A DNA stretch of 64,000 nt from a virus (Duplodnaviria > Caudoviricetes). The stretch covers positions 42,915-106,914 of the IMG/VR virus record IMGVR_UViG_3300037454_000334; one strand, 5' to 3'. Positions 1 to 8,828 of the stretch are shown piece by piece. The position numbers and the translations under genes are program-made. The notes under the pieces are model-generated. The model had not been told where the DNA came from, made no database searches, and saw only the letters and a list, made by a program, of their open reading frames with translations. The first letter of the stretch is position 1; the number at the start of each line of letters is the position of its first letter.

Positions 1-334
1 TGGTCAGCGTGGGCTGGGTGGCCGACGTGCATGGCAGGCAGCACTGGTAGCTGACGTACTCCGTGCGTGGCTCGCAGCTTCCGCAGGGGCAATAAGTCAC
101 GGTGCCCGACACCAGGCACTCCTGACAATACATCGAGTTACCCACGTCGATGGGCTGACCTACGGCGGCTACACTGAGGCTGGCGATGACGGGGCGGGCG
201 GGGTCGCTGAGCGCCATCTTGCGGCCTCCGCATGTGTAGTGCGTCAGACCGAGCGTGTACACTCCCGCTGTCGGGGTGGACATCAGGAAGTCAGGATTGT
301 CCTGTCCGTTCCTGCAGTTACAGTTACAATTCAT
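1..334 (-). CDS. Cys-rich hypothetical protein (3' end runs off window)
   Basis: Manual translation from ATG at 334: MNCNCNCRNGQDNPDFLMST...YCQECLVSGTVTYCPCGSCEP...QCCLPC; open to the window edge; AT-rich leader. Confidence 0.7.
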   Translation of the reverse strand, partial: MNCNCNCRNGQDNPDFLMSTPTAGVYTLGLTHYTCGGRKMALSDPARPVIASLSVAAVGQPIDVGNSMYCQECLVSGTVTYCPCGSCEPRTEYVSYQCCLPCTSATQPTLT

Positions 335-403
335 AATCGTTTTGTTTTTGTGTTAATTATCTCGGGAGTCTTTGACTGCGCCACTCCCACCTTGCGCTAT
401 GTC

Positions 404-721
404 TTATTCAGCTGCATCGGGCTCCTTCGCGAACTCCTTGGGGAAGAGCTCTGGCTCAACTGTGTTGGGGTCGAAGACGGCTGCCTCGCTCGACTGGATG
501 GCCTCTATCTTCGTGGCGAGGTCTTTTACCGATCCTTGCATGGCTTCTATCTGACCTTGCATACTGGCCAATGTCTCCATGACCTTATCCAGCACCATCA
601 TGTTCGAGTATGCGTGCTGCGATGCACAATACTGACGCTGTGCGGGAATGCACTTCAGGCAGTTGCCAGGGCACTTGTACTGCGGCTGCTGGGCCTGCTG
701 GTTCTGATTTGTCTGTTCCAT
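404..721 (-). CDS. hypothetical protein with CxxxCxxC-like Cys cluster and coiled coil
   Basis: 105-aa ORF (KCPGNCLKC...YC), co-oriented in operon. Confidence 0.7.
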   Translation of the reverse strand: MEQTNQNQQAQQPQYKCPGNCLKCIPAQRQYCASQHAYSNMMVLDKVMETLASMQGQIEAMQGSVKDLATKIEAIQSSEAAVFDPNTVEPELFPKEFAKEPDAAE

Positions 722-796
722 ATTGCAAATGTTATTTCTGTTTTATTCTCAAGACTTGTCTGTCGTTCAATGACTTAGAGATCGTCTTTTCAAATC

Positions 797-1015
797 TCAT
801 TTGAAGTATTCGCAAATCCTGTTCCTTACTATCGGGTTCTTGTCCCAGTTGGCGATGGCCTTTGCCGCCTTCTCCGCCGTGACAGCGCGACCCTGACGAG
901 CATGATAGCCGATAAAAGCAACGATAGCCATACGCAGATCCTCCACTTCGCGCTCGTCGTAGGCATACACCTCGAAGCTGATGGGGAACACCTTGATTTC
1001 CTTCTTCTCATCCAT
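797..1015 (-). CDS. hypothetical protein
   Basis: 72-aa ORF, operon spacing. Confidence 0.65.
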   Translation of the reverse strand: MDEKKEIKVFPISFEVYAYDEREVEDLRMAIVAFIGYHARQGRAVTAEKAAKAIANWDKNPIVRNRICEYFK

Positions 1016-1026
1016 TTTGCCGTGAA

Positions 1027-1410
1027 TTAACTGTTACTGACTGGTTGGTTGATGGGCGGCAGGTCCACCGTCGGTGCGGGCGGCTCCGGCGTCGGGATTA
1101 CGCCGCGGTTGGCGATGACCTGCTGCACATACTGGTATGCCTGCTGAATGGACGGGCCGTTCTCCTTCAGCCAGTCCATGACGGCGTTGACTGTCTGGGC
1201 GGTGTTCTGCTGCCATGTCAGTGGCACGGGGTCCTGATCGGGCAGGTCTGGCATGTCCGATGCGAAGAAGTCGTACAGCTCCTTCGCCTCCTTCAGGTCG
1301 CCCTTGGCGCAGAAGAGGCACTGCAGCTTCAGGCTGCTCTTGCTCGTTGCTCTTAGTCCCTGGTTCACCATCTGTAACCTCCGTTTCTTCTTCCCATAGT
1401 TCCATATCAT
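1027..1410 (-). CDS. hypothetical protein with Pro-rich C-terminus
   Basis: ORF 1027..1458; likely start MIWNYG at 1410. Confidence 0.6.
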   Translation of the reverse strand: MIWNYGKKKRRLQMVNQGLRATSKSSLKLQCLFCAKGDLKEAKELYDFFASDMPDLPDQDPVPLTWQQNTAQTVNAVMDWLKENGPSIQQAYQYVQQVIANRGVIPTPEPPAPTVDLPPINQPVSNS

Positions 1411-1500
1411 ATTGCCGTGATTTGATGTTGGAAATGAGGGGCGGCATCCCTCAAGCATCCTTCACTATGCGTTACCGGTTAGCCGCCACCTCAAATCACT

Positions 1501-2055
1501 TTAGCCGTTGCAGCAGCCGCCGGGGCAAGAACAGGGCTGGGGAGCCGAGTACAGGCTGACGGGTGTCGGGTTCAGCGATGCGCGACCAGTCACGAAGTCG
1601 GAGTAGGTCTGCGTCATCACGCTGTTCACGGCGCTCAGTTCAGCAGCCTGCTGTGCAGAGAGCGTTCCCTGCTGACTGCCGCTCACGGTGTCGTTGACAG
1701 TCTGGGTGATGGTCTGGTCGCCAGCGATGCGCTCCTGACGCTCAGCAGCAAACAGGTTGGTCAACTGGTCGAGCTGACGCTGTGTGGCGCCGTTCTGCAG
1801 GGTTGCAATCTCCTTGGCGGCGAGAGCAACCTCCTTGGCCTGGTTGGCCTTGGCATTGCCGTACATACCACCGAAGAGCCATGCGCCTACGCCAACTGCC
1901 GTGCCGACAGTGCCGAGAACAAGTCCTGCAACTCCGATACCACTGGTGTGGTTCTTCTGCTGCATGTAACCGACTTTGTACTGCTCGTAAGGAGAGAGTC
2001 CCTCTTTCGAGTCCATCCCACGGAGCATCATCAAATCATTAGCATCTAAAGCCAT
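1501..2055 (-). CDS. hypothetical membrane protein with Gly-rich TM segment and Cys-rich tail
   Basis: GIGVAGLVLGTVGTAVGVGAWLFGG hydrophobic segment, coiled coil, ends CSCPGGCCNG. Confidence 0.75.
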   Translation of the reverse strand: MALDANDLMMLRGMDSKEGLSPYEQYKVGYMQQKNHTSGIGVAGLVLGTVGTAVGVGAWLFGGMYGNAKANQAKEVALAAKEIATLQNGATQRQLDQLTNLFAAERQERIAGDQTITQTVNDTVSGSQQGTLSAQQAAELSAVNSVMTQTYSDFVTGRASLNPTPVSLYSAPQPCSCPGGCCNG

Positions 2056-2193
2056 AATCTTAATGTTTTTGTGTTAGTGAAAAATTGAAGAACGGGACTT
2101 TCCCGTCCGCTTGCAAAATTCGGCAATAAACGGCCTCGGACAAAGAAAATCCACACCTCTTTAGGCTCACTTTTCAAGCCTAAGAAGCGCATA

Positions 2194-2227
2194 GTCCCAA
2201 ATCATCCGTCCGACGATGATACCTTTG
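2194..2227 (+). promoter_or_regulatory. GTCCCA-N20-TACCTTTG promoter (only + strand copy of the phage motif)
   Basis: Same hexamer, spacing and Bacteroidetes -7 element as eight minus-strand copies. Confidence 0.65.
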
Positions 2228-2318
2228 CCTACGACTCGGGTATACCGGTGCAGACAAACATTGTCAAACCCTTTAAAACATGAGGAAAGGAACGAATATG
2301 ATTACATAACAAAATAAC

Positions 2319-2358
2319 AGGGGCTTGCCTTGGTGTCAGCAAGGCTCGCCCCCTTTCA
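2319..2358 (+). terminator. probable intrinsic terminator hairpin
   Basis: GGGGC-TT-GCCTTG...CAAGGC-TC-GCCCC followed by CTTTC; short U tail. Confidence 0.45.
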
Positions 2359-2497
2359 GTCTGCGGTCTCCTTCGCTGTTATGTCCATTGGACGGCGTGT
2401 TCACAAGGAGGCACGCAGACTTTTGGTGATCGTTAACATCAGGCTTTGCAGGTCGTTTGATGCAAACGGCTGCAAAGTTAACCAAAAGTATCAATCA

Positions 2498-2737
2498 ATG
2501 GACACAATCTTCGACCATATTGAACCTTTTGAGGATTTCTTAACACTCCTCGCACGCAATAAGGTCTCTGTCGGCGACGTGAAGTATTTCCCGGCCTACC
2601 GTGAATATCTTCACAGACGCTTCGTCGACAAGGACCTGTATTACAACTGCGTCGATGAGCTGTCGGAGAAATACGGCTTGAGACCTGGCACGTTCAGGAC
2701 CAAGATCAGGCTGTTCTCGGAAGAGTTCAAAAAATAA
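2498..2737 (+). CDS. small hypothetical protein, possibly DNA-binding
   Basis: Likely start MDTIFDH within ORF 2330..2737; preceded by an A-rich leader. Confidence 0.55.
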   Translation: MDTIFDHIEPFEDFLTLLARNKVSVGDVKYFPAYREYLHRRFVDKDLYYNCVDELSEKYGLRPGTFRTKIRLFSEEFKK

Positions 2738-2954
2738 GCCCGCTGCTTAACAAAGTTTAGCAGTCAGAGAGATTTCTGCACCGGTTTTACCCGCTTTTTT
2801 GTATAAAAAATTGCTAATTGCTTGCAACTTCCGTTTTATTTGCGTATATTTGCGTCGTGGTTCTCCCTCCAAGGAGGTATTCTCTTGCGATGGCTGGTAA
2901 TTTTCAGCCTGATTTTGGAAATAATCCTGAATTTAATACAAAAAACACCGAAAA

Positions 2955-4133
2955 ATGGAATCAAAAATCCGCTACCATTTGTGCTATAACTACGGTAAGA
3001 AACTCAATGCTGACGGACGCTCTCCGGTGGCCGTCGAGGCACGTCAGGGCACCAAGAGAATATACCTGTCGACACAGGTTATGCTCTTCCCATATCAATG
3101 GAACAACGGGAAGGTCGTCAACCACCCGAATGCGTCTAAGCTGACCGTCTGGCTCTTCAGACGGATGCACGAGATTGAGGAGATCGAGCTCGACTCACTG
3201 CTCAACGACAAACCGATGCTGCTCTCTCAGCTGAAGCAGGCCGTCAGGTCCGGTTCCAAGCCGTCGGCATCCATAGAGGAGTTCGTGAATGCCGTCATCG
3301 AGCCGAGCAACCGCAGCCGCCAGACCAAGGATGCCTATCACACGCTGGCCCGCGAGACCGAGAAATACGACAAGAAGACGAAGATGAACACCATCGACCA
3401 CGACTGGATTGAGCGGTGGCGTACCACGATGCTGCAGCAGGGATTGTCGGAGAACACCGTCAAAGGACGTCTGAAGATGCTACACTGCCTGACGCAGGAG
3501 GCCATCAAGCGCGATCTCCTGAGTCAGGACCCCTTCAAATGGATTGTCATTGGCAACATGACGCCGAAGCAGGAGTTCCTGACCAAGGGCGAGCTCCGCA
3601 AGATAGAGCGGGTCCGTCTGACGGGCAAGGAGGCGAAGGTGCGCGACCTGTTCCTGCTCGGGGTATATACAGGCCTCAGATGGAGCGACCTGACCACGCT
3701 TGAGGAAGCCGACATCAGCGGCGGCATCATTCGCAAACGGATGTATAAGACGAAGCGTGACGTCACCATCCCCATCAAGACGCTCTTCTGGGGCAAGGGC
3801 CAGGAAATCGTCGACCGCTACCAGCCGATCACCAGGCTCTGCAAATGCGTAAAATGCAACTCCACCGGCAACCGGATTATTCAGGCCATCGCTGAACGCA
3901 TCGGCATCAAACAGCGCGTCCACTTCCACCTCGCCCGCAAGACATGCTCAACAATGCTCAACGCCCTCGGCCTACCGACGAACGACATCACAAGCATCCT
4001 TGGCCACGCCAAAATTGAGACCACCCAAAAATACTATATCTTCGGTAAAGAAGAATCGCTCATCAAATCTGCAAAGAAACTATTCAAACAACAAAAAGAG
4101 TCGCCTATCGAGACTGATATCGAACAAGAGTAG
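2955..4133 (+). CDS. int: tyrosine recombinase/integrase (Bacteroidetes type: Arm-binding, SAM-like and catalytic domains)
   Basis: Catalytic motifs GLRWSD (R), HFHLARKT (HxxR), LGH...TTQKY (H, Y). Confidence 0.92.
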   Translation: MESKIRYHLCYNYGKKLNADGRSPVAVEARQGTKRIYLSTQVMLFPYQWNNGKVVNHPNASKLTVWLFRRMHEIEEIELDSLLNDKPMLLSQLKQAVRSGSKPSASIEEFVNAVIEPSNRSRQTKDAYHTLARETEKYDKKTKMNTIDHDWIERWRTTMLQQGLSENTVKGRLKMLHCLTQEAIKRDLLSQDPFKWIVIGNMTPKQEFLTKGELRKIERVRLTGKEAKVRDLFLLGVYTGLRWSDLTTLEEADISGGIIRKRMYKTKRDVTIPIKTLFWGKGQEIVDRYQPITRLCKCVKCNSTGNRIIQAIAERIGIKQRVHFHLARKTCSTMLNALGLPTNDITSILGHAKIETTQKYYIFGKEESLIKSAKKLFKQQKESPIETDIEQE

Positions 4134-4155
4134 CGTGATCCAACAGACCGGAAAT

Positions 4156-4668
4156 TCAATGCACCGCATCGGCAGCAACCATGGTTATATAACAGATAGC
4201 TTCCGCCAACAGGCAGATACCGAAATTAATACGGACAAGAAAATACTTCATACTCTTACTCCTCCAACTAACGACAAGAAACAATGAAGCTGTCAGCCAC
4301 AATAGACACCACCATAAACAGGCAACGAAGACACATACCTGTGACATCAGTCCAGCGGCAAATGCCCCAACATAATGCCACCGGCGAGTCTCTGACTGGA
4401 ATAATGGCCACGCACCGACGAACACAATGCAGACCACGGTTATAAAACCCAAATAGCCACAGCCCTTTTTATCCAAAATCTCAATCATTGGGGCGGTAGT
4501 GAAAATACCCACAAACCACAGCCAAAACGTCCACAACCACCGCCAGCCGCCTTTAGGCAGCACATAAACCATTGCGGAGATGCTATCAGGAAGACCTTTC
4601 AGCTTCCAAATAGTGGCGCCCATATAGGACACCACTAAAAGGATTGAGAGTATTATTACAGTCATCAT
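4156..4668 (-). CDS. multi-pass membrane protein
   Basis: Several hydrophobic helices in 170 aa. Confidence 0.75.
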   Translation of the reverse strand: MMTVIILSILLVVSYMGATIWKLKGLPDSISAMVYVLPKGGWRWLWTFWLWFVGIFTTAPMIEILDKKGCGYLGFITVVCIVFVGAWPLFQSETRRWHYVGAFAAGLMSQVCVFVACLWWCLLWLTASLFLVVSWRSKSMKYFLVRINFGICLLAEAICYITMVAADAVH

Positions 4669-4673
4669 TGAGA

Positions 4674-5228
4674 CTACTTCTCTGCATTAGATGCCTGTGC
4701 AGGCTGAGGAAAAAGTTCCTCGTATGGCTCCCATTCGATAGAATCCTTACGAGCCCATCCGTCAGACAGCGTTTGGTTAATATAGGCAACAGCCTTGATA
4801 TAGAAGTCGTCAGCATCCTCCATTGTCTCAAAAGTATGATACACTGGCAAACCATCCTCTGTTTCACCCATCTTGAATGTAACAGGTAACGTGGCGCCAT
4901 TCTTTTGTACAGCCAGGTCATAGGCTGATTTGAAGTTAAACTGATTCTCAGTAGAGAGCCATACAGGAATAACCTCTTCAGAACCGACAGGCGACCACGT
5001 AAATCCTGAAATAATAATCTCATCAGTCTGCGCATTGATGTCACCAAAAATTGCGTCCTTTACCATCTGCAGCGTCAACTGAGAACACTGTGTCTTGGGA
5101 ATATAGATTTCATACCACTCATACAGGTTCTTTCCTGCAACCTTCTTTAGATCGTAACCGATGACGATGCGCGAATTTTCTTCGCGAACGAGCGAGAAGT
5201 CGCTCTTTTTTCCACTCATTTTGTTCAT
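4674..5228 (-). CDS. phage protein, DUF4376-like (tail-fibre-associated)
   Basis: VWLSTENQFNFKSAYDLA...LPVTFKMG motif recalled from Bacteroidales phages. Confidence 0.6.
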   Translation of the reverse strand: MNKMSGKKSDFSLVREENSRIVIGYDLKKVAGKNLYEWYEIYIPKTQCSQLTLQMVKDAIFGDINAQTDEIIISGFTWSPVGSEEVIPVWLSTENQFNFKSAYDLAVQKNGATLPVTFKMGETEDGLPVYHTFETMEDADDFYIKAVAYINQTLSDGWARKDSIEWEPYEELFPQPAQASNAEK

Positions 5229-6495
5229 AATCCTGTTGTTTTAATAAATTAATAAAATATTGATGTCGTTCTGTAATCTTTGTCATATCCTCACTGAACA
5301 CACCGAGCCGCATAAACTCTGCTCGAAAGAAAAGTTCTCGGCGAAGGCGGAAAGAAGCCGTATGAGAGAATATACCGAGATAGGAGCTGATAGTACGCAG
5401 CATCTTGTCGGCGGTAGTTTTGCCTCCTGCCAGACTGTTTGTTGGACGAGACATTGAAAGCCACTTTGGACGCAGTGACGGATGTGTCAGATAGAAGATG
5501 TTTCTTCTGATGCGCCGCAAAGTGTGATTCGATACATAAGTGCGCCATGGCTTGATAAAAGCACCGAGGAATTCTACACCATGATGTACCTCGCTGACTT
5601 CGAGTTTGCCCATGTGTAGTTCCAAACCAAGTTCCTGAAACAGGAATGATCTGATCCGAGTCACGAGCGACAACAACCACTCCTTGTTGGCACTGATGAC
5701 TACCGAATCGTCTACATAACGTCCGTAGTTCTTGCATTTCAGTACTCGCTTCATAAACTGGTCGAAGATATTGAGATAGACGTTCGAGAAAAGCTGTGAG
5801 GTCAGATTGCCAATTGGAAGCCCGAGCCCGTCCTCTGTCTTCAGCAGGCTCTTGGCAGGATCTAGATCTACCCATCCCTCCAGCGAACCGACAATAACAC
5901 AGTTCTCCTTTGGATTCAACAGTGCAATCTCCGCTGTGAGCCAACATAAAAAGTCGATGTCTAGTCTGTCTGACCATCTCTCGATAGAGTGTCTGCATAT
6001 ACGATGCATAGCCATCTTCCTGAGCGAAGCGGTTGCTATCTCCAACAATTTTTTCCTGACGATGTGCATAAAGTAACCTCGGATATCCAGGTGCATCGCA
6101 TAACAAGGACACTGCCAGTTTCTCGACTCGCGGCGCAACATATCCGTTACCCGATTTATACCATAATGAGTACCGCGTCCAGGCACACAACTGTAGGAGT
6201 CCTGAATAAATGTACGCTCGTAGAGCTCGTGCGTGTAGTTGTAATAAAGGTGATGAACGATGCGGTCGCGAAACATAGCAGCAAATATTTCGCGCTTCTT
6301 CGGATATTCCACAATAAAGCACTTCGATGGCTGAGCCACATAACGACGACTGATGAGGTCGTCGCATAATTGCTCCATGTTCGTCTTTAAGTCGGACTCC
6401 CACTTCACGACATACGACATCATACCCTTGCCACGACGTGCATCGTAGTATGCAGCAAACAAATCGCGCAGAAGTTGTTGCCTTGTAAGCGTCAT
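5119..6495 (-). CDS. DGR reverse transcriptase
   Basis: RT motifs KKREIFAA..RDRIVHH, LDIRGYF, GLPIGNLTSQLFSNVYL (DGR-type SQ), RYVDD; adjacent to the TR. Confidence 0.95.
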   Translation of the reverse strand: MTLTRQQLLRDLFAAYYDARRGKGMMSYVVKWESDLKTNMEQLCDDLISRRYVAQPSKCFIVEYPKKREIFAAMFRDRIVHHLYYNYTHELYERTFIQDSYSCVPGRGTHYGINRVTDMLRRESRNWQCPCYAMHLDIRGYFMHIVRKKLLEIATASLRKMAMHRICRHSIERWSDRLDIDFLCWLTAEIALLNPKENCVIVGSLEGWVDLDPAKSLLKTEDGLGLPIGNLTSQLFSNVYLNIFDQFMKRVLKCKNYGRYVDDSVVISANKEWLLSLVTRIRSFLFQELGLELHMGKLEVSEVHHGVEFLGAFIKPWRTYVSNHTLRRIRRNIFYLTHPSLRPKWLSMSRPTNSLAGGKTTADKMLRTISSYLGIFSHTASFRLRRELFFRAEFMRLGVFSEDMTKITERHQYFINLLKQQDYEQNEWKKERLLARSRRKFAHRHRLRSKEGCRKEPV

Positions 6496-6555
6496 CTTTC
6501 ATCACCGACATTATAAAAAATTAAGAAAGAAAAGGAGCTTGTCCAGAAAGGAGTG

Positions 6556-6737
6556 CTGAACCGCGCGGACCGAGAAGCCGTTGAACCGATTGTTGTTGTT
6601 CTGCGGGTTGACACCACCAGAGTTGAAGTTCAAGTTCCGACCATTCGTGGCGGAGTTGAGCGAAGCAGCCCAGTAGTTGCCGTTCGAGCCGCGGTTGTTC
6701 CAAGACGTGCCATTGCCGTTGCCTGAGCACGGAAAAA
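6556..6737 (-). repeat. DGR template repeat (TR)
   Basis: 182-bp ungapped match to 7626-7807; 17 mismatches, 16 at TR adenines of the coding strand; 17 AAY codons. Confidence 0.95.
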
Positions 6738-6892
6738 TGGCACAAGCGATCGTCACCTGATACGACGTTCCGAAGGGGTTGTACAAGACAAGACCATCGG
6801 AGGTCTTTGATTTTTCCTGCGGCTCGGAGCCACAAGACGGACGACCTATGAACTACGTGTCTGAACCGCATCCTTTTCTTTTCCTTATTATA

Positions 6893-7495
6893 TTAGAACA
6901 ATGCGGAGCACTGCCGTTTGAGTATTCGCAGCACTTTCAAAGCCTCATTGGGCGTAATGTCCTCTACAGGTAATGCCACTATCTGCGCTAGGATATCGCT
7001 CATACGCATCGGTTGATTCTTTGTTCCCGTCAGCGGAAGCAAATCATCCGCAGGGATGTCCTTGCCTGTCGGTTGCTTGTCATCACCTTTTATAGGAAAC
7101 TGTTTCTTCCATTCAGAGAACTGCTGTATGAGAGAATCATAACTCATCTCGCCAAGCGATGGCGGAAGTTCAATGGCAACATCAATTAAGGTGTCGCTAA
7201 CAGGCTTGAAACTAATCTGGTTATCATTGGGTATGAACTTTGCAAGCGACGTGACAGGGAAACCGACAAAGATGATGGTGCCGCTCGAAGACTTTACCTC
7301 CTTATGCACGGGCTTCAGACGATGGGAACTCGTCTGTGCTATCTGATCATCGGTAACAGCAAACTCACGACAAAGCCATGCGCTCCATTCGTAGGCTTTA
7401 TAGGTATTCCCCTCACGAAACAAATGAATAACATTCCAATGCTCTGTACCCTCACGCTGTTTCTCGACCTCAAAGATTTCCTTATATGATGCCAT
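6893..7495 (-). CDS. DGR accessory protein, MutS-N-like (MSL type)
   Basis: IHLFREGNTYKAYEWSA resembles the MutS domain I mismatch-binding motif; sits between target and TR where avd usually lies. Confidence 0.7.
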   Translation of the reverse strand: MASYKEIFEVEKQREGTEHWNVIHLFREGNTYKAYEWSAWLCREFAVTDDQIAQTSSHRLKPVHKEVKSSSGTIIFVGFPVTSLAKFIPNDNQISFKPVSDTLIDVAIELPPSLGEMSYDSLIQQFSEWKKQFPIKGDDKQPTGKDIPADDLLPLTGTKNQPMRMSDILAQIVALPVEDITPNEALKVLRILKRQCSALF

Positions 7496-7553
7496 AACAA
7501 ATTCTATTTATTGATATTTGCCTTTGAATCATCATTCCCGCTGTCTCTGCGCT

Positions 7554-7570
7554 CGCCGCTTGGAGCGGCG
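7554..7570. other. DGR target-recognition hairpin downstream of VR
   Basis: CGCCGCT-TGG-AGCGGCG perfect 7-bp stem about 50 nt after the target stop; extendable by CTCTG/CAGAG. Confidence 0.75.
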
Positions 7571-7622
7571 GCTACAGAGCCTGCGTGAACGATGATATTG
7601 GTAACTTCTTGGTGACACGTAG

Positions 7623-8801
7623 TTACTGAACCGCGCGGACCGAGAAGCCGTAGAACCGATTGCCGTTGTACTGCGGGTAGACACCACCAGAGCGGAAGAG
7701 CAAGTACCGACCATTCGTGGCGGAGTAGAGCGCAGCAGCCCAGTAGCTGCCGCGCGAGCCGCGGTTGTTCCAAGACGTGCCATCGCCGTCGCCTGAGCAC
7801 GGAAAAAAGAGTTTCTTTCCGTTAATCTTAGACTTCAAATAGATACCCACTATACTATTAACTGTCACGAGCTTGTTGGCAGTCGATGTCGGAATGGTTG
7901 TCGTACCGTCAGCCTGCAGATACTCTATGTTATTGAAAAGCTCAGCATATTCATCGGTGGTAGGCATGCGCCATGGCGCACCAAGATTGGCACGGGCGGC
8001 ATCCATAGACGGTGGAATATTACCAGTGAGAGCTGCTCCTGGTGTTGATGCGTAAGGGCCGTCGTTACTGCTTCCCCAGTCGTAGGTGAACGACGATGCG
8101 TTGGCAGGGTTATGACCTTCTGTGTTACCCCATGAGAAGAACGTACACTCATACTGGTACTCTGATGCGGCAAAACCATTTGCCTGTGTCACGTCGATAT
8201 TCTTCTTAGCCCACTTCAAGCCACTAGGCAGACCCATGTCAACCCAAAGCTCACTATCATCGTCACTCTGCTCCAGTCCGCCCATACAGATGACGTTATA
8301 GTTCGTACCGTCATAGACAAAGGTCACGGTGGTACGTGGACGAATAACACCTGGCTGTATTGCTGAACCATTGATAACAATCGGCTTTGCGCCTTGGGCA
8401 TTGATATTAAGCGTAGCTCCAGCTATGTTCACACCATTCTGGAAGAATACGCTAACGGGTACGTTCTTCAGTAGAATATAATGAGCCAGCGTAACTGTCT
8501 TCGCAGCGGTTGTAGCTGCCGTTGAACAAGAGCCGAGGCCACTTCCCGCATAAGCCATGTCGCTCGTGATGTTGTCAATCTTTGTTCCCTGTGCGGCAGT
8601 GGCGAAGTCGCTCGGCTTCTTTCCGCTGTCTGTAGGATTACCATTTCCATCCAATCCAGCGAAATTTCCACTGGTAGGATTGTTTACTTTGTCGGCCTTT
8701 CCTTGCGCGATAAGTGTGGTCTGCTGTGCCATCGTCTCCATGGCGGTGGCAATGCGCTGCTGCGTGGCGTCGAGATTAATTGGGGATGTAATTTCTGACA
8801 T
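7623..8801 (-). CDS. DGR target protein, probable receptor-binding fibre/adhesin with C-type-lectin-like C-terminus
   Basis: WVDMGLPSGLKWA...WRMPT...FFPCSG...YW...GFSVRAVQ lectin-fold signature; VR at C-terminus. Confidence 0.88.
   Translation of the reverse strand: MSEITSPINLDATQQRIATAMETMAQQTTLIAQGKADKVNNPTSGNFAGLDGNGNPTDSGKKPSDFATAAQGTKIDNITSDMAYAGSGLGSCSTAATTAAKTVTLAHYILLKNVPVSVFFQNGVNIAGATLNINAQGAKPIVINGSAIQPGVIRPRTTVTFVYDGTNYNVICMGGLEQSDDDSELWVDMGLPSGLKWAKKNIDVTQANGFAASEYQYECTFFSWGNTEGHNPANASSFTYDWGSSNDGPYASTPGAALTGNIPPSMDAARANLGAPWRMPTTDEYAELFNNIEYLQADGTTTIPTSTANKLVTVNSIVGIYLKSKINGKKLFFPCSGDGDGTSWNNRGSRGSYWAAALYSATNGRYLLFRSGGVYPQYNGNRFYGFSVRAVQ
7626..7807 (-). repeat. DGR variable repeat (VR)
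   Basis: 3' end of target gene; differs from TR almost only at TR adenines; GC-rich GTCCGCGCGG end. Confidence 0.95.
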
Positions 8802-8828
8802 AATCTTGAATATTTTAGAATGTTAATA

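Noticed and set aside
2740-2950. attP/attL site upstream of the integrase
   Set aside because: No tRNA end or duplicated core seen, and the phage promoter motif continues to the left
5119-5228. 110-nt overlap of the RT 3' end with the next gene as a programmed feature
   Set aside because: The RT tail is low-information and probably read-through after stop loss; nothing supports a function
5291-6511. 406-aa alternative-frame ORF over the RT
   Set aside because: No recognisable motifs and wholly overlaps the clear RT; treated as a shadow ORF although unusually long
6511-6871. ORFs 6511..6786 and 6521..6871 over the TR
   Set aside because: The open frame reflects TR homology to the coding VR; the TR acts as RNA
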